A DNA stretch of 27,464 bases from a virus (lineage: Duplodnaviria > Heunggongvirae > Uroviricota > Caudoviricetes). Below are positions 8,647 to 16,873 of this stretch, piece by piece. Position 1 is the first letter of the stretch, and every line of letters starts with the position of its first letter. Where the stretch lies: IMG/VR virus record IMGVR_UViG_2541047865_000002; one strand, written 5' to 3'. The position numbers and the translations under genes are program-made. Under the pieces are notes generated by a model. That model saw only the letters and a list, made by a program, of their open reading frames with translations. It was not told the origin of the DNA and searched no databases.

Positions 8647-9087
8647 ATGCAACCAATTACATACCAACAGACTAGCGGATTTACCCCGACTGCGGTGATA
8701 AATCGTTCTCAAACAAAACAGGCGCCAGGCCACGAAAAAATCCGTGATGCCGTTCGCGCCTGGTCGGCTGCAGATAATCAGGATGTTGTTGCCGCACTCA
8801 TTGTGAATGAGTATCGGGAGCTGGGCGGCGGCACCATCGATTTCCCTGATGATGTCAGCCGTGCACGCCAGAAGTTGTTCCGCTTCCTCGATAACAAATT
8901 CGATTCTGAAAAATACCGAAATAACCTGCGTGAACTGACCCCGGCAATTCTGGCGGTACTACCGCTGGAATATCGCGGCCACCTGGTTGAGCAGGATAGC
9001 TTCATGGCTCGGCTGGTTGAAATGGAAAAGGAACTCAGTGAGGCAAAGCAGGCGGTCATTCTCAACGCACCACGCACCAGAAACTGA
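8647..9087 (+). CDS. YdaT-family protein in the cII position (CII functional analogue), 146 aa
   Basis: Follows the YdaS-like cro as in Rac-type immunity regions; SD AAGGA upstream; the family assignment is from memory of YdaT-like proteins. Confidence 0.65.
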   Translation: MQPITYQQTSGFTPTAVINRSQTKQAPGHEKIRDAVRAWSAADNQDVVAALIVNEYRELGGGTIDFPDDVSRARQKLFRFLDNKFDSEKYRNNLRELTPAILAVLPLEYRGHLVEQDSFMARLVEMEKELSEAKQAVILNAPRTRN

Positions 9088-9271
9088 AGGAAATGAGTGA
9101 AGGTATTGTGTCGATGTTTCGCGTGGACCCGGATCTGGCTGGTCCATTAATGGCGATGGTTACCACCATGCTGGGGGCAATATGACAGGTTCAGAAATGG
9201 CGAAAGTCGGTCTGCGGGAACAGAACCGACTTTCAGGTGCAAATCGTAACGCACTCATTACGGGAGGAATT

Positions 9272-10201
9272 ATGGCAAACACTGCTGAGATATTCAATTT
9301 TCCAGTGCCGGATGTGGCACAAAAGGAGCCGCGCGTGGCAGATCTCGATGATGGTTATACGCGCATTGCAAATGAGTTGCTGGAAGTTGTAATGCTGGCC
9401 GGATTAACACAGCACCAGCTTCTGGTCTTCCTGGCTGTCATGCGCAAAACATATGGCTTTAATAAAAAACTGGATTGGGTGAGCAACGAGCAACTTTCCG
9501 AGTTAACCGGGATATTGCCGCACAAGTGTTCTGCTGCAAAAAGTGTTCTGGTAAAGCGTGGGATTTTAATTCAGAGCGGGCGGAATATCGGCATCAATAA
9601 TGTGGTCAGTGAATGGTCAACATTACCCGAATCAGGTAAGAAAAATAAAGTTTACCTGAAAGAGGTAAATTTACCTGAATCAGGTAAGAAAAGTTTACCT
9701 AAATCAGGTAAACGCCTTTACCCGAATCAGGTAAACACAAAAGACAAACTAACAAAAGACAATATAAAACCTTTTTCGTCAGAGAATTCTGGCGAATCCT
9801 CTGACCAGCCAGAAAACGATCTTCCTGTGGTGAAACCGGATGCTGCAATTCAGAGCGGCAGCAAGTGGGGGACAGCAGAAGACCTGACCGCCGCAGAGTG
9901 GATGTTTGACATGGTGAAGACCATCGCGCCATCAGCCAGAAAACCGAATTTTGCAGGGTGGGCTAACGATATCCGCCTGATGCGTGAACGTGACGGACGT
10001 AACCACCGCGACATGTGTGTACTGTTCCGCTGGGCATGCCAGGACAACTTCTGGTCCGGTAACGTGCTGAGTCCGGCCAAACTCCGCGACAAGTGGACCC
10101 AGCTCGAAATCAACCGAAACAAGCAACAGGCTGGCGTGACAGCCGGCAAACCAAAACTCGACCTGACGAACACTGACTGGATTTACGGGGTGGAGCTATG
10201 A
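9272..10201 (+). CDS. O: Replication initiator O (lambda O-like), containing the ori iterons; start set at the ATG with the strong SD GGGAGGA (the upstream in-frame ATG at 9182 is less likely)
   Basis: N-terminal region VADLDDGYTRIANELLEVVMLAGLTQHQLLVFLAVMRKTYGFNKK resembles lambda O; C-terminal domain lambda-like; stop overlaps the P start. Confidence 0.9.
   Translation: MANTAEIFNFPVPDVAQKEPRVADLDDGYTRIANELLEVVMLAGLTQHQLLVFLAVMRKTYGFNKKLDWVSNEQLSELTGILPHKCSAAKSVLVKRGILIQSGRNIGINNVVSEWSTLPESGKKNKVYLKEVNLPESGKKSLPKSGKRLYPNQVNTKDKLTKDNIKPFSSENSGESSDQPENDLPVVKPDAAIQSGSKWGTAEDLTAAEWMFDMVKTIAPSARKPNFAGWANDIRLMRERDGRNHRDMCVLFRWACQDNFWSGNVLSPAKLRDKWTQLEINRNKQQAGVTAGKPKLDLTNTDWIYGVEL
9623..9734. repeat. 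ori: Origin of replication iterons: five roughly 17-bp repeats TTACC(C/T)(G/A)AA(T/A)(C/G)AGGTAA, followed by an AT-rich segment
   Basis: Repeats at 9623, 9652, 9671, 9695 and 9718 inside O, then an A/T-rich run at 9735..9775, as in ori-lambda. Confidence 0.85.
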
Positions 10202-10899
10202 AAAACATCGCCGCACAGATGGTTAACTTTGACCGTGAGCAGATGCGCCGGATCGCCAACAACATGCCGGAACAGTACGACGAAAAGCCGCAGGTACAAC
10301 AGGTAGCGCAGATCATCAATGGTGTGTTCAGCCAGTTACTGGCAACTTTCCCGGCGAGCCTGGCTAACCGGGACCAGAACGAACTGAACGAAATCCGCCG
10401 CCAGTGGGTGCTGGCTTTCCGGGAAAACGGGATCACCACAATGGAACAGGTTAACGCAGGAATGCGCGTAGCCCGTCGGCAGAATCGACCATTCCTGCCA
10501 TCACCCGGGCAGTTTGTTGCCTGGTGCCGGGAAGAAGCATCCGTTAACGCCGGGCTGCCAAACGTCAGCGAGCTGGTTGATATGGTCTATGAGTATTGTC
10601 GGAAGCGTGGCCTGTATCCGGATGCAGAGTCTTATCCGTGGAAATCAAACGCGCACTACTGGCTGGTTACCAACCTGTACCAGAACATGCGGGCCAATGC
10701 GCTTACTGATGCGGAATTACGGCGCAAGGCTGCCGATGAACTGACTTGTATGACCGCGCGAATTAACCGTGGTGAGGCGATACCTGAACCAGTAAAACAA
10801 CTTCCTGTCATGGGCGGTAGACCTCTAAATCGTGCACAGGCTCTGGCGAAGATCGCAGAAATCAAAGCGAAGTTCGGACTGAAAGGAGCAACTGTATGA
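10198..10899 (+). CDS. P: Replication protein P (DnaB helicase loader), 233 aa
   Basis: Near-identical to lambda P as recalled (MKNIAAQMVNFDREQMRRIANNMPEQYDEKPQVQQVAQIINGVF...). Confidence 0.97.
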   Translation: MKNIAAQMVNFDREQMRRIANNMPEQYDEKPQVQQVAQIINGVFSQLLATFPASLANRDQNELNEIRRQWVLAFRENGITTMEQVNAGMRVARRQNRPFLPSPGQFVAWCREEASVNAGLPNVSELVDMVYEYCRKRGLYPDAESYPWKSNAHYWLVTNLYQNMRANALTDAELRRKAADELTCMTARINRGEAIPEPVKQLPVMGGRPLNRAQALAKIAEIKAKFGLKGATV

Positions 10900-11177
10900 C
10901 GGGCAAAGAGGTAATTATTCATTATCTGGAGACGCACAAGAGCTTCTGTGCGCAGGACGTTGCTGCGGCAACAGGTGTGACAGTAACCTGCATAAATCAG
11001 GCAGCAGCTAAAATGGCGCGGGCAGGAATCCTGGTCATTGATGGTAAGGTCTGGCGAACGGTGTATTACCGGTTCGCTACCAGAGAAGAACGGGAAGGAA
11101 AGGTGAGCACGAACCTGATTTTTAAGGAGTGCCGCCAGAGTGCCGCGATGAAGCGGGTGTTGGCGGTATATGGGTGA
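10896..11177 (+). CDS. ren: Ren (Rex exclusion protection protein), 93 aa
   Basis: MTGKEVIIHYLETHKSFCAQDVAAATGVTVTCINQAAAKMARAGILVIDGKVWRTVYYRFATREEREGK... matches lambda Ren; start overlaps the P stop. Confidence 0.9.
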   Translation: MTGKEVIIHYLETHKSFCAQDVAAATGVTVTCINQAAAKMARAGILVIDGKVWRTVYYRFATREEREGKVSTNLIFKECRQSAAMKRVLAVYG

Positions 11178-11590
11178 TTAGTTATTACTTGATTTGATGG
11201 TTATCTCGAAAACATCCAATCAAATTTAATGGTTTGCTTTGTGCGGGGAACTATAACAATGTTTCTAGCTTGGTGCTGTATGAATTAGTGAATTAGTAGG
11301 GAATATATCCACACATTGATTAACACAAAAATATTTTAGATATTAAATGTAACTCAAAGGATGAGTAATAATGGTTGTGTAGCGTATAACAGGATGCTGA
11401 GGTAGTATTAAACAATGAATAAATCTGATTGACAAGCACCAGATAATACTGCGGGTCAATCATTAGACATGAACGCCACTAGTTACTGAGAGTAACTAAT
11501 GGCGTTGTGTTTATAGTTAAGATGTTTTTTAAAACATCAGGGGGGCTCTACTTGTCTTTTTTAATATGATCAATCTCATCATTAAGACAT

Positions 11591-13096
11591 TTATCTATTT
11601 TTTTTTATTAACACATTAATTTCTTCGGTGTTTTGGAGTTGAGTTGTCTTAGAAACAAAAACTCGAATAAAGAATTTAACATAGTGATAGGGTTGAAGTA
11701 CATCGTTATACTTACATAAATCATTTATTGTATACTTGCCGCCTGTTTCTTTTTTTATTATTTTAGCTTGACTTGTATCGATATCTTTAAAGTTATCTTC
11801 AATCTGAAAATCAAGAACCCATTCATCTCCTTTTAAATTATCCTCAATGATTTTGTTGATTTTCTTAGATATATTTTGTTTATATTCTTTGTATCTGTTG
11901 TCGGAAATGTTAACATTAGAAAACGTGTGTTTTTTTTCATATATTTTTTTCCAAACATTTCTATCAACAATATCTTGAATTATAGCTTGAGAATTTTTAT
12001 CTAATGTGTTTTTAAGAGTGTTTTCTAAAAACGTTTTGTCTGGGTTTTCACGATAAAAGTGTTTGATGGACTCAATGAGAGTGTTTTTAGATTTTAAAGA
12101 GACAACATCATCAGTTTTTTTTCTAGAACACGCTTTGTTAAGCATCGCAGATAGTGCACGATTGGTCTTATGAAAATAAACTTGACTATAAAGCCCACTT
12201 CTTGCATTGGCAAATTCTAGTATTGAATCCATACCACTTTCTTTATATGCCAGGTAAACACTATTTTCAACTTTCACAGGAATAAATGACATTAATAATC
12301 GTCCATAATCATAAATCCCATATTTAACGCCGGAGAAGTAGCTATCTCTAAGTAGGTAGTCCATTCTGTCCGCATCTATAGGTGAAGATGATATGATTGA
12401 ACCTAATAAAGGATATACATTTACTCCCTCAATGTTATTTTTAAAATCATATCTTTTATCAACAATTTTTATAATGCTTTCTGGATTAATAGCCGCTATG
12501 TTTTCTTTATAGACATCGTCGTCATTTGATTTATCTTGGGCTTCATTTTTTAATTCTTCAATAATTTCTTTAATAAAAATACATGATACTTGTTCGTGGG
12601 TTAACTTGTCATTATCACTTAAAGATATAATCTTATCGTATTGTTTATTTCCTTCAGTTTTGCATTTTTCTTTGAAATCTTTTACGGATATTGCAAAACT
12701 ATCGAATTGGTGGGCAAGTGGGCCATGCCCAACATCGTGTAACAATGCTGCAATACGTAACTCCTGTATAAGACTTGAAGGCATTTTTTTTATATCTAAA
12801 TATAGATCAATGCCCATATTTTTTCGATTGTAAATTAGTGCATTTAAATCAATATTTTTTAATATTTCATACGATAAATGCATTACACCGACAGAGTGTT
12901 CAAAGCGAGAGTGCATTGCAGAAGGAAATACTTTATATAGAAACGTGTTCTGCCTGATATCTCGTAGTCGTTGGAATAAAGGATGGTCAATTATCTTTTT
13001 TTCTAGCTTAGTTATTCGAATCACTCCATGTATGGGATCTAAAAACTTCCCCAGAAGTAAGTCTTCAAAGTTCTCAAGTTTGTTTTTGTTTGTCAT
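11591..13096 (-). CDS. HD-domain dNTP triphosphohydrolase-like protein (SAMHD1/dGTPase family), 501 aa; candidate anti-phage dNTP-depletion enzyme
   Basis: HD motifs HSRFEHSVGVMHLS, ALLHDVGHGPLAHQFD and DADRMDYLLRDSYFSGVKYG; SD AAGGAAAG upstream; in AT-rich cargo antisense to the phage operon. Confidence 0.8.
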   Translation of the reverse strand: MTNKNKLENFEDLLLGKFLDPIHGVIRITKLEKKIIDHPLFQRLRDIRQNTFLYKVFPSAMHSRFEHSVGVMHLSYEILKNIDLNALIYNRKNMGIDLYLDIKKMPSSLIQELRIAALLHDVGHGPLAHQFDSFAISVKDFKEKCKTEGNKQYDKIISLSDNDKLTHEQVSCIFIKEIIEELKNEAQDKSNDDDVYKENIAAINPESIIKIVDKRYDFKNNIEGVNVYPLLGSIISSSPIDADRMDYLLRDSYFSGVKYGIYDYGRLLMSFIPVKVENSVYLAYKESGMDSILEFANARSGLYSQVYFHKTNRALSAMLNKACSRKKTDDVVSLKSKNTLIESIKHFYRENPDKTFLENTLKNTLDKNSQAIIQDIVDRNVWKKIYEKKHTFSNVNISDNRYKEYKQNISKKINKIIEDNLKGDEWVLDFQIEDNFKDIDTSQAKIIKKETGGKYTINDLCKYNDVLQPYHYVKFFIRVFVSKTTQLQNTEEINVLIKKNR

Positions 13097-13455
13097 GAGG
13101 CTTTCCTTTTGCTGTAGTTATAATACGAAATTTAAATAGTAATGATGTTTATAGTTTCAATGTGTTATCTAATGGTTAACACATTGTGATGTAGCATATC
13201 AATATGGATTCATATGTTCAATTGGTCTGTGGAGTTTAGTTATGAATAAGATTGATTCTGGTAATACTTTGTAGTTTAAGCTAGAGGCGGGATTCGTGAT
13301 GTTCAAATCAGTATGTAATGGAGGTTGTGCATTAGTACTTGCTGCTGGAAATTAAAAATAAAGTTGCAAGTAATCGACGTTTTCCGAGAGGAGAATGTAA
13401 GCATCGCTGACCAAAAAGTATCAACGATGCCTGTTTTGTTTTAACTACAAATTAA

Positions 13456-13716
13456 TTAAATTGCATCTGCAAACTCTGGGATTTTTCGCTCAAGTATGAT
13501 TGATGAGTTGCTGTTGTCGCTTTTTTTATTTTCATGATTACGAATAGCCAATGACTCATTAAAGTCTTTTGCGACTGCTGTCTCAATAAATTCAATTTCT
13601 GAATCAGAGTGTTTTTTAACAGCTTCTTTGATCTCATCCAGAGTAACATAGAAAAACTCTTTTCTACGATTTACAAGATTGACTCTCTTTTTATCGAAGA
13701 CATCATGTAGTTTTTT
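13456..13716 (-). other. -1-frame continuation of the T5orf172 domain (LHDVFDKKRVNLVNRRKEFFYVTLDEIKEAVKKH...), entered at slippery heptamer A_AAA_AAC (13710..13716); either a programmed frameshift or a homopolymer frameshift mutation
   Basis: Manual translation: the domain's expected C-terminal motifs are open for 87 codons in the -1 frame starting exactly at a 7-A run; no ATG in that frame; the zero frame stops 17 codons later. Confidence 0.6.
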
Positions 13717-14957
13717 TCTAATGATGGAGCGTCCTCCGAATAAATCATGGCATGCACATCAAAAATAAAAGGAACAGATGCATCACCAAGCTCATTTACA
13801 CGGTCTTGTGGATCAAGACGTCGTGTCATGCCTATTTTATAAACATTCTCCCCAAAAGAACCTATGTTCGAAATAATATAAACATGACCTTGTTTGGTTT
13901 GTTGTGCCATGGATAATGCTCTTTGATGCTTTGATTCAGCCTGCGACAAACTCTGTTCTAGTTCGGCAATGCGATTTTCGAGGCGCTGCTTCATGTCACC
14001 AGTAACTTTTTCCATTTCCTTTCTTGCAGCTTCAATTGCTTTTTTATAACGGCGCTCTTCTGCCTCTGCGTCTTGCATGGCCTTTTCTATTTCTCGTTGT
14101 GCACGCTCCTCCTCTCTCATTTGTGCCCTTATTTCTGCCTGTTCTTCTTTTTCTTTCTGTTTTTGCTCACGATATTCATGGGTAAGCCACAACTCCTCAA
14201 GTTTTTTATTAAGGTATTTAGTATTTATATATATGTGATTTTGCTCGTTTAGTTTATTTATGGCCTCAAATGCCTTTGTGATGCGTTCTTCCATTTTAGT
14301 GATATTTTTCCACGTGCAATTACTAATTGCAGCATCACATTCATTATTAAATGCTCTAGTAGTTAGCCTAATATTTCTGTCTGTCATTTTTTTACCCTCT
14401 GCTCGAGAGCCTTCAACAGTCCATTGGGTTGTGCAATATACTGCACCAGAGTGGGTTTTATCCCGCAGCATTAATTTCTGTTCATCCCTGATGGATTTTA
14501 TTTTGTTTTTAAATTGCTCTGAATCTTCAAAATTAAAATGAGGTTCGTAAAATCCTAGTTCGGCTAGTTCAACATCTTCTGAATAAATAGAAATTTGCTT
14601 TACTAACTTATCATATATTTCTTTCTTCTCTTTATAAGTTCTTCTTAGTTCTTGGATTTGTTTATTGATACCATCCATTTTTTCAATGGTGTTTGTTAGT
14701 TCATTATTGGCATTTTCTTTTACTTTTTGGGACTCTTCTTTTATAATGGAGCATTCTTGCTCTGTTTTCTCAATAAGCTTCTTACATTCCTCTTCCACAT
14801 TAAAATAATCTGCAAAGCGAGATTTGTATTCTTCATTTTTTTGATTGCTATCACTTAATTCTAATTGTATTTTTTTGATGCGTTTGATTGCAGCTATATA
14901 TAGAACAAGAACAACCAATAAAAATATGATTGCAAGTAATAGTGGAGTTTGAGTCAT
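13671..14957 (-). CDS. Membrane-anchored coiled-coil protein with DUF4041 and the N-terminal part of a T5orf172 (GIY-YIG-like) domain; 428 aa in the zero frame
   Basis: N-terminal TM helix LLLAIIFLLVVLVLYIAAI; long coiled-coil (EERAQREIEKAMQDAEAEERRYKK...); DUF4041-like core; C-terminal GHVYIISNIGSFGENVYKIGMTRRLDPQDRVNELGDASVPFIFDVHAMIYSEDAPSLE; SD AAGGAA upstream. Confidence 0.85.
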   Translation of the reverse strand: MTQTPLLLAIIFLLVVLVLYIAAIKRIKKIQLELSDSNQKNEEYKSRFADYFNVEEECKKLIEKTEQECSIIKEESQKVKENANNELTNTIEKMDGINKQIQELRRTYKEKKEIYDKLVKQISIYSEDVELAELGFYEPHFNFEDSEQFKNKIKSIRDEQKLMLRDKTHSGAVYCTTQWTVEGSRAEGKKMTDRNIRLTTRAFNNECDAAISNCTWKNITKMEERITKAFEAINKLNEQNHIYINTKYLNKKLEELWLTHEYREQKQKEKEEQAEIRAQMREEERAQREIEKAMQDAEAEERRYKKAIEAARKEMEKVTGDMKQRLENRIAELEQSLSQAESKHQRALSMAQQTKQGHVYIISNIGSFGENVYKIGMTRRLDPQDRVNELGDASVPFIFDVHAMIYSEDAPSLEKNYMMSSIKRESIL

Positions 14958-15383
14958 TCGTGCTATTCCTTACGGACAATTTAAGACGTTTTGTATTAAA
15001 TCCTGTTCAATGTGTATGCGGGTGATTGCTACCGCTTACAATCTTCATAATTATCAGTTAGATAGACTCGCTAGTAAATAATTTCATTTTTTGCAATATT
15101 CTTATTGAATATTTCAATTTATGAAATGAGCTCTTTATCCTTTCAAGGCGAAAGGTTTCTTCTTCGGAAATATTTGCTCTCGTGTGACGTATAAAGGCCT
15201 TTGATTTTTAAAAAACAGTAGGAAATAATATAGTTACTGTCGGCCTGAACACCCGGCGGTGGGGTTGCGCTAAACGGGGACGTTTATGCGCACATACAAT
15301 CTAAACTCTCTTCTCCCTTCACAGATGCAGAAATGCACCTGCGATTTTTTGCATCCAACGTTTGACCTCTGCGGAGGTGAAGC

Positions 15384-15839
15384 ATGAACCTACCACAAGA
15401 TGGCATCAAATTACATCGTGGCAACTTCACCGCTATCGGCCAGCAGATCCAGCCTTATCTGGAGGACGGAAAATGCTTTCGCATGGTGCTTAAACCGTGG
15501 CGTGAGAAACGCAGTCTTTCCCAGAGTGCACTCAGCCACATGTGGTACAGCGAAATCAGTGAATACCTTATCAGCAGGGGTAAAACGTTCGCCACTCCAG
15601 CTTGGGTAAAAGATGCTCTCAAACACACATATCTCGGTTATGAAACCAAAGACCTGGTTGATGTCGTAACCGGTGATATCACCACTATCCAGTCGTTACG
15701 CCATACCTCCGACCTTGATACCGGAGAGATGTATGTCTTCCTGTGTAAGGTTGAAGCCTGGGCGATGAATATTGGCTGCCACCTGACTATTCCGCAGAGC
15801 TGCGAGTTCCAGCTGCTGCGTGATAAGCAGGAGGCGTAA
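15384..15839 (+). CDS. ybcN: YbcN-like nin-region protein (DLP12 ybcN homologue), 151 aa
   Basis: Protein recalled as DLP12 YbcN; first gene of a tightly overlapping nin block. Confidence 0.85.
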   Translation: MNLPQDGIKLHRGNFTAIGQQIQPYLEDGKCFRMVLKPWREKRSLSQSALSHMWYSEISEYLISRGKTFATPAWVKDALKHTYLGYETKDLVDVVTGDITTIQSLRHTSDLDTGEMYVFLCKVEAWAMNIGCHLTIPQSCEFQLLRDKQEA

Positions 15840-16009
15840 TGGCTACACCGCTTATTCGTGTCATGAACGGACACATCTACAAAATACCAAATCGTCGTAA
15901 GCGTAGGCCTGAGCTGAAACCATCCGAAATACCAACACTGCTCGGATATACCGCCAGCCTGGTTGATAAAAAATGGTTGCGACTGGCAGCAAGGAGGAAT
16001 CATGGCTGA
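15839..16009 (+). CDS. ninE: NinE-like protein, 56 aa
   Basis: Manual translation [56 protein letters not shown]; ATG overlaps the ybcN stop (TAATG) and its stop overlaps the ybcO start. Confidence 0.75.
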   Translation: MATPLIRVMNGHIYKIPNRRKRRPELKPSEIPTLLGYTASLVDKKWLRLAARRNHG

Positions 16010-16292
16010 TTTGAGAAAAGCAGCGCGTGGTCGGGAATGCCAGGTAAGAATCCCTGGCGTATGTAATGGCAATCCTGAAACGTCTGTACTGGCACATATC
16101 CGGCTGGCTGGATTGTGCGGTACCGGTATCAAACCGCCAGACCTGATTGCCACCATTGCATGTTCTGCCTGTCACGACGAGATCGACCGTCGCACGCATT
16201 TTGTTGACGCTGGATATGCAAAAGAATGCGCGCTGGAAGGTATGGCGAGAACGCAGGTTATCTGGCTGAAAGAGGGGGTAATTAAGGCGTGA
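16002..16292 (+). CDS. ybcO: YbcO-like protein (DUF1364, putative nuclease), 96 aa
   Basis: [64 protein letters not shown]... matches DLP12 YbcO; strong SD AAGGAGG. Confidence 0.9.
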   Translation: MADLRKAARGRECQVRIPGVCNGNPETSVLAHIRLAGLCGTGIKPPDLIATIACSACHDEIDRRTHFVDAGYAKECALEGMARTQVIWLKEGVIKA

Positions 16293-16651
16293 ATACCTAC
16301 AATATCACATTACCCTGGCCGCCGAGCAATAATCGCTATTACCGCCATAATCGCGGGCGCACGCACATCAGCGCAGAGGGGCAGGCATACCGCGAAAACG
16401 TCGCCCGAATCATTAAAAACGCAATGCTGGATATCGGCCTGGCTATGCCTGTGAAAATCCGCATTGAGTGTCACATGCCGGATCGCCGTCGCCGTGACCT
16501 GGATAATCTACAAAAGGCCGCTTTTGACGCACTCACCAAAGCAGGTTTCTGGTTGGATGATGCTCAGGTCGTTGATTACCGCGTTGTGAAGATGCCGGTT
16601 GTCAAAGGTGGAAAGCTGGAACTGACCATCACTGAACAGGGAGATGAATGA
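16289..16651 (+). CDS. rusA: RusA Holliday-junction resolvase, 120 aa (GTG start)
   Basis: [74 protein letters not shown]... matches E. coli RusA. Confidence 0.95.
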   Translation: MNTYNITLPWPPSNNRYYRHNRGRTHISAEGQAYRENVARIIKNAMLDIGLAMPVKIRIECHMPDRRRRDLDNLQKAAFDALTKAGFWLDDAQVVDYRVVKMPVVKGGKLELTITEQGDE

Positions 16652-16788
16652 TGTTTGAGTTTTATATGGCAGAACTTCTTCGCCACCGCTGGATGCGCCT
16701 GCGCTTATATCGTTTCCCCGGTTCTGTTTTGACCGATTACCGAATACTGAAGAATTACGCCAAAACACTGACAGGAGCAGGAGTATGA
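16648..16788 (+). CDS. ylcG: YlcG-like small protein, 46 aa
   Basis: Manual translation [46 protein letters not shown]; start overlaps the rusA stop; recalled as DLP12 ylcG. Confidence 0.7.
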   Translation: MMFEFYMAELLRHRWMRLRLYRFPGSVLTDYRILKNYAKTLTGAGV

Positions 16789-16873
16789 AGTCAGAGATAA
16801 CAATCAACTAATACTGTTTTGTTGATTTTTGCTTGTAATTGGCGTTCTGGTCTGAGTTTTGTGGAGTAAGTTG

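Noticed and set aside
9182-9271. Upstream in-frame extension of O (start at 9182)
   Set aside because: The downstream ATG at 9272 has a near-perfect SD (GGGAGGA) and gives an N-terminus aligned with lambda O
11281-11300. Short tandem direct repeat GAATTAGT GAATTAGT in the ren-cargo intergenic region, considered as a possible CRISPR or iteron remnant
   Set aside because: Only two 8-bp copies with no spacer structure; too short to interpret
13452-13649. 65-aa minus-strand ORF listed downstream of the DUF4041/T5orf172 gene
   Set aside because: It is in the third frame; manual translation shows that the -1 frame, not this one, carries the conserved T5orf172 continuation, so this ORF is probably a frame artefact of the same region
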